Shown: positions 58,401 to 64,000 of the stretch, piece after piece
How positions within the stretch are numbered: the first letter of the stretch is position 1
How the letters are laid out: every line of letters begins with the position of its first letter
Assembly: GCA_018692915.1 (NCBI GenBank)
Contig: JABHLG010000013.1
Location: 7,993-71,992 of the forward strand
DNA from: Candidatus Woesearchaeota archaeon
GTDB lineage: Archaea > Nanobdellota > Nanobdellia > UBA10117 > JABICX01
Reading direction: 5' to 3'
Length of the DNA: 64,000 nt
The notes under the pieces: generated by a model
The model's database searches: none
What the model saw: the letters and a program-made list of their open reading frames with translations, nothing else
What the model was told of the DNA's origin: nothing
Position numbers and translations under genes: made by a program

Positions 58401-58937
58401 ATGTTTATCATCAATTTTATTTTCTTTGTATCTAGAAACCATGATGAATTTGAAAATCCTAATTAAATCGTGCTTTAATTTAACACTTTTATCTGAAGAA
58501 TTAATCCGTTCCATTAATTCTTCATATGTTGCATTACTATTGCCACCAATTATTTTGCTAACAATTTCTTTAAATGTAATACAAAAACGATCTGTTGCAT
58601 CTTCTAAAGTAATACTATCAAAATCATTATGTAAATTATTAAGTTTAGATATTTGTTTATCCAAAGGTAATTTGACGTTCTTCTTCTTAACTTTAAATCT
58701 TACAAATAATTCATCAAAAGATAAATTTAATCTTTCTTTTTCAAAAAGAATCATAAAAATAAGAATTATAGGTAAAATAACAAACGTACTTGCAAAATAT
58801 CCTCTATGTTGGCATCCAGAAGGCAAATTACATAAATAATAGAAAAATCCAATAAATATGATTAACAAAAATACAATTGTTGTAAATATTAATAAGGGTG
58901 TAATTTCTTTCATATAATTTACTTTAACTTTACCCAT
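55434..58937 (-). CDS. giant membrane-anchored surface protein with Ig/cadherin-like repeats, extremely rich in N-x-S/T sequons
   Basis: 1167 aa. N-terminal TM segments, then a DUF4129-like cytoplasmic domain, a TM segment and an SITGFSS motif. Repeated modules follow (L.LSDYFNDTENDTLTFTYSG...ITFTASDG...), then a Ser/Gly linker and a C-terminal TM. Confidence 0.6.
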   Translation of the reverse strand: MGKVKVNYMKEITPLLIFTTIVFLLIIFIGFFYYLCNLPSGCQHRGYFASTFVILPIILIFMILFEKERLNLSFDELFVRFKVKKKNVKLPLDKQISKLNNLHNDFDSITLEDATDRFCITFKEIVSKIIGGNSNATYEELMERINSSDKSVKLKHDLIRIFKFIMVSRYKENKIDDKHLKKFIDYAINLANNFNDSPKAPKKIKIPKQDEFLTPIHNLKFAKVTGIFVLALLFVTGFAFIGGSITGFSSYEITEGTSGSVTIHTIADQSVVEGHNLSITITANDTDGETITFDIGDSDPSWVSIATISGVTAGDTNATGNLTFQPASTGSIGDFNVTAIARSEDNDAASEGLVITVTENTAPSFHTDIPNMTWPEDTANTSLNLSDYFNDTENDTLTFTYSGNTNITVSIAATGVVTLTPDDNWNNSETITFTASDGIDTSDSYGVLMNVTGVYDALELSQVAISPSSPNNDSNLSCSWYTASNDSDVNITAEVYWYLNVSGAWTLNLTETDISCTQSTTCNSSETINDSETRIDNMWNCTVNVTDQNTTFINSTNITIGASAPTLNILTSDSDSFNRTPVNNTILFNFTWSDVDSTNVSVYVCNTSTANTSAGCNETTFCSVNETTNYNVSCNYTVLSTDNITTGIWIFVCDSSSCSSGNASNFYVNQNPEMYESYVNLNLQEGAVVCAGDFDDDTYYNQKSFLKFNATGLYDLDVISINNASIIINTSIVTTEWNGSITVEEITNESWVSTENYDILTGMTAGLNTNLTDINSTGNSTINVTSLVASQYGINYTNFSYIMYSPYTNGTINDSIQATTFFGLGDNDTASAYGEMRFNESPYIFVNLTKQIPNYTWNTGSVQQGPDLDDYFLDPDGYALNFTVSGNENILVSIANASHLASFTPTSGWSGTETVTFIATDASGENLTANTSLIVNAVTSESTSSPSSGGGGSSVKVVSLKLNMDDVEMYPIDAKISQLTIINDGDKDLEDISLNSLFPTISGFDANLEKNTIDKLPTKTNQTITVKFTTYLATSGEYNATITGKAIKPMDVTDSETFVIKIKEDDDESFFAKVRFIEDLFKTNPECIEYLEHVQSAKTFYYGGSFSKAHRVLDTYIKECKDRITTDINILDPLLDRSGLDRNKIMIILGVAVISMMYIASLYLHNN

Positions 58938-59757
58938 AATTATTTCCTCCTGCTTTCATTCTTTTATGAATAAATAAATATACCTCTGCTGAAAATACAA
59001 GACCGAGTAAAGATACTACCCATAAAATCGGTCTATGAGATACTTCTTTAAATATAGGTGCAATTATATCTTCGTCTTCATAATCTACAGGCACTTCTCC
59101 AGGTAAAAGACAACTCTGGGATAAAGATGGCTCTTCTAATTCAGTTGCACATTCATTTCTATCAATACAACTTCTTGTTTGAATATTATTTATACAATCT
59201 GACCAATCAGTACAAGCCCAAGATTCATTACATTCTCCGACTACGAGCTTTGTGCCTCCTCCGCCGCCTCCTCCTCCTCCGGAGCCAGAGCTAGAGGAAC
59301 TATCGCCAGAGTAAGGGATTATAGTAAGGTTTACAAAATTACTATCAATGGATAATCCATGGTTATCTGTTGCGGTGAATGTAATATTATTATCTCCTGT
59401 CCACGAACTTTCTACTGCAATAAGAGTAACTATGCTCTCATTACTTATTGCAACTGCAATATCTTGAGGTCCTGAAAATGTATATGTAAGAAATTCTCCC
59501 ACAGTATCATTAAAATGATCATCTAAATCCAAACCAGTATATGTGTATGTCTGATACCAAGATATATCTGAAATATTCTCAACAAGTATAGGTGCAATAT
59601 TAAGATATAAACCAATTGTTGCATCTTCGCCTGCAATATCTCCAGAATTATATGCAGTAGGATAATCTGCAATCATAGTATTACTAATTTTAAGGACTAG
59701 CACAACTATATAGATCACTAGCAATAACGCTAGTATACCTTTTGATACTTGCTTCAT
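58930..59757 (-). CDS. surface protein with one Ig/cadherin-like module, poly-Ser/Gly linker, Cys-rich module and C-terminal TM
   Basis: LDLDDHFNDTVGEFLTYTFSGPQDIAVAI...ITFTATDNHGLS is the same module as in the giant ORF. Also contains SSSSSGSGGGGGGGG. Confidence 0.5.
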   Translation of the reverse strand: MKQVSKGILALLLVIYIVVLVLKISNTMIADYPTAYNSGDIAGEDATIGLYLNIAPILVENISDISWYQTYTYTGLDLDDHFNDTVGEFLTYTFSGPQDIAVAISNESIVTLIAVESSWTGDNNITFTATDNHGLSIDSNFVNLTIIPYSGDSSSSSGSGGGGGGGGGTKLVVGECNESWACTDWSDCINNIQTRSCIDRNECATELEEPSLSQSCLLPGEVPVDYEDEDIIAPIFKEVSHRPILWVVSLLGLVFSAEVYLFIHKRMKAGGNNYG

Positions 59758-59819
59758 ATATTATTAAGAACACTGATACATTTATACTTTTCGTGTTACA
59801 TTGGCCAAATTAACTACTC

Positions 59820-60266
59820 TTAAGTTTTAAATTCACTAATTTTTATTTTAACTTGACCAGAATATTCACCAAACAGTGTATTTGCTGGAATAAATATATC
59901 AAAATTAATTTTTCTATTTTCATTTGCTTTAATAAAAATAGAATTCTCACCTGTTGTTAAAAATTCAGTAATATTTCCTTTAACAAATATTTCAACGCTT
60001 TGATCATACTTACTTGGAATAATATTTATTGCGCGCGATGCATAATTACCTGAAGGAACCATCCCAAAAGTAATTGCATCAGGATTTAAATCAAAACCAA
60101 CACGATCGCCAACAATAACACTTGTATTATAAACAATATTTGTTGTATTTGTTTTAAGATAAAATGCTCCCATACTAAAAAATATTATATAAATTACTAA
60201 ATATACAAACAATGCTTTTTTTAAGCTAACTTCCAAAATTATCACCTGATTTATTATTTGGTTCAA
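59820..60266 (-). CDS. hypothetical membrane-anchored beta-rich protein
   Basis: 148-aa ORF with an N-terminal TM segment. Confidence 0.3.
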   Translation of the reverse strand: MNQIINQVIILEVSLKKALFVYLVIYIIFFSMGAFYLKTNTTNIVYNTSVIVGDRVGFDLNPDAITFGMVPSGNYASRAINIIPSKYDQSVEIFVKGNITEFLTTGENSIFIKANENRKINFDIFIPANTLFGEYSGQVKIKISEFKT

Positions 60267-60429
60267 TAGTAATTCTTATGTCTCCTTGACTTGCTTCCTC
60301 AATATTATCATTTATGTGCGGTGCATTTACTTCATTCCAATCATAATCTTCAATTAAGAAAGGTAAGTAAATTGAAAATGCTGCTATTGTGATTATTCCA
60401 ATAACAAATATACTAAAAGGAATTTTCAT
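60226..60429 (-). CDS. hypothetical small membrane protein
   Basis: 67-aa ORF with an N-terminal TM segment. Confidence 0.25.
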   Translation of the reverse strand: MKIPFSIFVIGIITIAAFSIYLPFLIEDYDWNEVNAPHINDNIEEASQGDIRITIEPNNKSGDNFGS

Positions 60430-61544
60430 TATTTATTTTTTTTAAAAGTTATATTAATATTTGTCTTGTGCAATATATAAATTATAATTATTAATGCTGC
60501 TGCAATTAGGATATATGTTAAATTTGTTGAATCAAGCTCAAAAAACGATGGAATAATCTCAATTTCTCCCGATGTTGTGCTTGTTTTACCTACATAATAA
60601 ATTGTTATTTCAACGGGATACAGTTCACCAACTTTTAATTCAGATGTATCAACATATGCAGTCATTGTTTGCGATTCCCATGGTGGTAAATCAACTGGAA
60701 AAGACTTAAACTCTACTTCATTAATTGCTACACTTGCATAAACATCTTTTACTTCTGAATTCCACTTGCTTTCTACAGTTATATCAAAAGGTTGTGTTTT
60801 TGATTTTGTTAATTCTTCTGAAAAGCCAAAAATTTCAACTAATAATTCTCCCACTCTAAAATCATCTTCTGCTTCTACATTTTGACCATCATAATATATA
60901 GTTGCTTTAGCATAATATATTCCATTACTTTCAGGAGTATCTACCCAAACAGCTTCAATACTATTTGACATAAAAGAATCAAGTGAAATGATATTAGATC
61001 TTAAACTATCTACTAATTCGTCTGTTGAATTATCATATATATCAACGTCCATATACGTTGCATCAATTTTCGTGTTCCCTAAATTCTGAATTGCTGCGAC
61101 AAATGTTCCTTTTTCTCCTACAGCAATATTTCTTGCTATAAAACTATTCAGCCGAATATATTTTCCATCAAAGGGAACAAATACTTTAATTTCATTAACA
61201 ATTTCTGTTCTTGTGCCTACTGCACCATATGAAGAAGAATCTTCATAAACAAGAATATTTAATTTATGGTCACCTGGCTCTGCAATGTATTCAGGCAAAT
61301 TTACTGTAATCCAAAATCGATGGTTTTCATCTAACTCTGTCATTGTAGCATATGGTTTTAGAGCACCATCTAAATCAATCTTAACATCTTCAATATTATT
61401 ATGTCCCATAACTCTAAAAGATACTTCAATAACACCATTTGGTTGGAAATTATGTTTTAAAGGTCCGTGTGCTAATCCTATAGCGTCAGCAGATTGTATA
61501 ATTAATAATAAACCAACTAAAAGTATCAATTTCTTGTATATCAT
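60429..61544 (-). CDS. exported CARDB-like repeat protein with C-terminal TM
   Basis: Signal peptide (..IIQSADA), repeated beta-sandwich-like segments, C-terminal TM. Confidence 0.4.
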   Translation of the reverse strand: MIYKKLILLVGLLLIIQSADAIGLAHGPLKHNFQPNGVIEVSFRVMGHNNIEDVKIDLDGALKPYATMTELDENHRFWITVNLPEYIAEPGDHKLNILVYEDSSSYGAVGTRTEIVNEIKVFVPFDGKYIRLNSFIARNIAVGEKGTFVAAIQNLGNTKIDATYMDVDIYDNSTDELVDSLRSNIISLDSFMSNSIEAVWVDTPESNGIYYAKATIYYDGQNVEAEDDFRVGELLVEIFGFSEELTKSKTQPFDITVESKWNSEVKDVYASVAINEVEFKSFPVDLPPWESQTMTAYVDTSELKVGELYPVEITIYYVGKTSTTSGEIEIIPSFFELDSTNLTYILIAAALIIIIYILHKTNINITFKKNK

Positions 61545-61614
61545 ATGTAATAAAACAATAGAAATTATTTATAGTTTACTAAAGAATATAACAAAATAAA
61601 TACTAAAAAATTAA

Positions 61615-61910
61615 AAATCCCTAACTTTCTTCCTCAGAACTCAAGATATGTTCGTCAGAAAATTAACATAATATATTAATAAATAATATTATATTTCTTA
61701 ATTAAAATTAAAGTCCTCTTCCTGTTGCACAAACTTCAGGTGAAGTTTGATCACACCTTTGCTCCTCAGAATCCAAATTATATTCGTCGCAAAATAATGC
61801 CATTGGTTAACCAATTACTAAATTGAAAATCTCTAAATTTTCATTAAAAATCAATATAACATATTAATATACACATTTAACTCTATTCAAAATTAAAGTC
61901 CTCTTCCTGT
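61615..61910. repeat. Terminus-duplication locus at the 3' end of gene 61893-62534, with two tandem C-type units
   Basis: 22-bp perfect repeat aaaattaaagtcctcttcctgt at 61704-61725 and 61889-61910. C-type cores are ...cttcctcagaactcaagatatgttcgtcagaaaat (61629-61663) and ...tgctcctcagaatccaaattatattcgtcgcaaaat (61760-61794). Confidence 0.75.
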
Positions 61911-62534
61911 AGCTGTAATTGTTGCACTTAGAGCTCCTGTTTGATTTGCATCTGTTGGGATAATTAATTGTATTTCAACATTAATTGAATTATTAGCTTG
62001 ATTTGCATCAAGAACAGAACAAATAATATTTGCTGAAGTGTTAATATCTGTAAAACTTGTGTCAACTATATCTGCACAGGAATCTGATTCATTTTGTTCG
62101 ATTTTCCATCTAAAAGCAGGGTCTGAACCACCAACAAAATCTTCAGCAGTTTTATTTGCTGTAAGATTTAACTCAATTAAATCTCCACCAATATTTTCAA
62201 GAACTAAAGATTGACTTGTAGCTGTCCAATTTCCCCCAGTTACTGATTTCGCATCTGTATCTAATGTAGCATTTTCAAAACCACCTGTAACTGAGCCAGT
62301 TCCCCAATCTATTGCTGCTGACGTCCAATTAATTGCTGTAACAGATTCTATTGTTACTGTAGCGGTTGCATTTGAATCTGATGTAACAAAACCTGTAAAT
62401 CCCATACTATCTCCTAAAAAGAAATCAACCATAGACAAACTAATAGCTACAACTAACAAAAGAGCTAATAGCTCATTTGATATATTAAATCCTTTTCTTT
62501 TGCTAGACTGTCTCTTCCTGCTCACCATTTTCAA
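61893..62534 (-). CDS. secreted protein with pilin-like (class III-like) N-terminus
   Basis: KRKGFNISNELLALLLVVAISL N-terminus followed by FTGFVTSDS. Thr/Asn-rich with many sequons. Confidence 0.4.
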   Translation of the reverse strand: MKMVSRKRQSSKRKGFNISNELLALLLVVAISLSMVDFFLGDSMGFTGFVTSDSNATATVTIESVTAINWTSAAIDWGTGSVTGGFENATLDTDAKSVTGGNWTATSQSLVLENIGGDLIELNLTANKTAEDFVGGSDPAFRWKIEQNESDSCADIVDTSFTDINTSANIICSVLDANQANNSINVEIQLIIPTDANQTGALSATITATGRGL

Positions 62535-62727
62535 CTGCTCCTGTATCTAAATTATCTTCATTTGATTCAATTACTAAATTAATTGTAGCTTCAGAATCAC
62601 CTTGCTTTACTACACTTTCTGATTCCTGACTGCTAATATTTGCGTTCATTGAATATAAAAAGTAAATTATTACTATAAGTAAAATTAACACAATTGGATA
62701 TAAATACTTCTTGTCTTTAATATTCAT
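62503..62727 (-). CDS. small TM protein with acidic tail
   Basis: 74-aa ORF only. Confidence 0.3.
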   Translation of the reverse strand: MNIKDKKYLYPIVLILLIVIIYFLYSMNANISSQESESVVKQGDSEATINLVIESNEDNLDTGAVENGEQEETV

Positions 62728-62780
62728 TAATTATAATATATCTTATTCTATATAAACTTTATGTGAATTTTAATAGAATT

Positions 62781-62889
62781 AATTAAAATTACTAACATCC
62801 TGTTCCTGTGTAATCCCTTCTTTTAAAAAGAAGGTTTTACAATCCCAAGAAATAAATTATAATTAAAATTACTAACATCCTGTTCCTGT
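62781..62889. repeat. Terminus-duplication locus at the 3' end of gene 62872-63735 (D-type, tRNA-intron-like element)
   Basis: Perfect 29-bp direct repeat aattaaaattactaacatcctgttcctgt (62781-62809 and 62861-62889). It flanks the 51-nt element gtaatcccttcttttaaaaagaaggttttacaatcccaagaaataaattat. Confidence 0.9.
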
Positions 62890-63735
62890 CTGGACATATC
62901 TGAAATTTACTACATTATTGTATGTTCCTGCAGGTTGTGAAAGTGGTATTGATAACCAGAATCTAAAGTATTCATTATCTCCGCCTGCTACATTAGTGTC
63001 TGCATTTACAAAGCTAGTTGTTAATCCTGTAGCGCTTCCGATTGCAGGTGTTGTTGAACTTGTTGATATTGCAGATACCCATGTCATATTATCTAATCCA
63101 AGACTATTATCTGTGCTGTTTAGGTCATCGTCTGCGTTTACGCAGAAGTCAATTGGCACATTGGAATCATTAGATACTGCCAAATACATTGAACTTCCAC
63201 TACTATCGTTATTGTAGTTGTCTGTAGCATTATTATTATCTGTTCCTGCTGTTGCTGTTCCAAATTCAATACCATCTAATAAATTATCAGATCTAGCAAC
63301 TGCGAAGTAAGCAGTAATATTTGCTTCTGCTGTAACTTGCGAACTATCTCCTGCAAATCCTGTAATACTTGTTGGGATTTGTATTCCAGCTAGCGCTGCA
63401 AGAACCATCATAAATATTGCAGCTACTCCAAATGCTTTCTTTGCACTTTCTCTGAAGTCTGCCTTTGCTTTATTGTGTCTTAAAGCATGCAAGGTATCTT
63501 CAAACTGTGTTTTTCTTTCAACCCACTCTGCATCCCATTGTTCTGTTGTTTTGCCTTCAAGGATTGCATTTCTATGTAATAGATAGTGTTCTTGGTCAAG
63601 CACTCCTGCTGCAAACGCAGTATTTAGTTCCTCTAGCTTTCTTGCTATTTCTGTCCGTTTAGCTTCTAATCTCTCGAGAGATGTTTCTAGGTAGCTTATT
63701 TTCCTATCTGAAACAAAGCTAAACTTTCTAGACAC
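62872..63735 (-). CDS. membrane protein with N-terminal coiled-coil, TM and Asn/Thr-rich ectodomain
   Basis: 287 aa. TM segment followed by SITGFAGDSS. No family recognised. Confidence 0.4.
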   Translation of the reverse strand: MSRKFSFVSDRKISYLETSLERLEAKRTEIARKLEELNTAFAAGVLDQEHYLLHRNAILEGKTTEQWDAEWVERKTQFEDTLHALRHNKAKADFRESAKKAFGVAAIFMMVLAALAGIQIPTSITGFAGDSSQVTAEANITAYFAVARSDNLLDGIEFGTATAGTDNNNATDNYNNDSSGSSMYLAVSNDSNVPIDFCVNADDDLNSTDNSLGLDNMTWVSAISTSSTTPAIGSATGLTTSFVNADTNVAGGDNEYFRFWLSIPLSQPAGTYNNVVNFRYVQTGTGC

Positions 63736-64000
63736 TTTCAGCTACCTCCATTTCTTCAAATTGGCACTTCCACTTAGTCAAGAAACTACGAATTTTTGCA
63801 GAGCTTCTGCTAGATGTAATAATTACAGATTTAGCAAAGAACTCACTATGCGTAACTTCTAATATTCCTTTTTGTTTTCCTCTTCCTTTTAACTCATAAT
63901 GAAACTGAACTTTTGCTGAACCAGTTAATTGCTTAGTTGAATAAACAAACAAAGTCTTTGGGGTGACCTTCTTTTCTTTAGCAATTAAACTAGTTCCTTG
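63728..64000 (-). CDS. hypothetical protein (N-terminus may lie beyond the window)
   Basis: The frame stays open to the window edge upstream of the track start at 63952. Confidence 0.3.
   Translation of the reverse strand, partial: QGTSLIAKEKKVTPKTLFVYSTKQLTGSAKVQFHYELKGRGKQKGILEVTHSEFFAKSVIITSSRSSAKIRSFLTKWKCQFEEMEVAESV

Noticed and set aside
59255-59300. GC-rich simple repeat (cctccgccgcctcctcctcctccggagcc...)
   Set aside because: It is the coding sequence of a poly-Ser/Gly linker (SSSSSGSGGGGGGGG) in ORF 58930-59757, not an independent element.
5263-62889. Conventional IS/MITE target-site duplications as the explanation for the duplicated gene ends
   Set aside because: Duplication length ranges from 8 to about 77 nt instead of being fixed. 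The elements lack terminal inverted repeats. Diverged pairs differ almost only at synonymous sites. No transposase or integrase gene is present in the window.

Overview
AT-rich archaeal chromosome segment. Gene content suggests a small-genome, DPANN-like lineage, but that placement is inference. About 90 tightly packed genes are present. They include the L3-L4-L23-L2-S19-L22-S3 ribosomal operon, rtcB with archease, pyrG, and the rpl37ae-rpoP-pcc1-pfdB block. Also present are sepF, taw1, an AIR-to-IMP purine module (purC, purE, purB, two purP, split purH), mtaD/MTAP and a MacB-type ABC transporter. Further genes are a split ThrRS, MC1, PCNA, TFS, signal peptidase, and a MoxR-DUF58-VWA cluster followed by very large sequon-rich surface proteins. 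RNA genes are four tRNAs (three with introns, one with two) and an orphan 5S rRNA. The most unusual signal is a superfamily of 50-160 nt hairpin elements. Their cores also occur as this genome's tRNA introns. They are inserted at the 5' or 3' ends of at least 11 genes, 10 protein-coding and one tRNA. Each insertion is flanked by a direct duplication of the gene terminus (8-77 nt). The element always has the same polarity relative to the gene body. In the older 3'-end insertions the two terminus copies differ almost only at synonymous sites. Other oddities are an in-frame TGA in rpl2, an 87-aa ORF coupled between rpl4 and rpl23, and a free-standing LAGLIDADG gene directly upstream of rtcB. No transposase, integrase, CRISPR array or recognisable defence system was seen.
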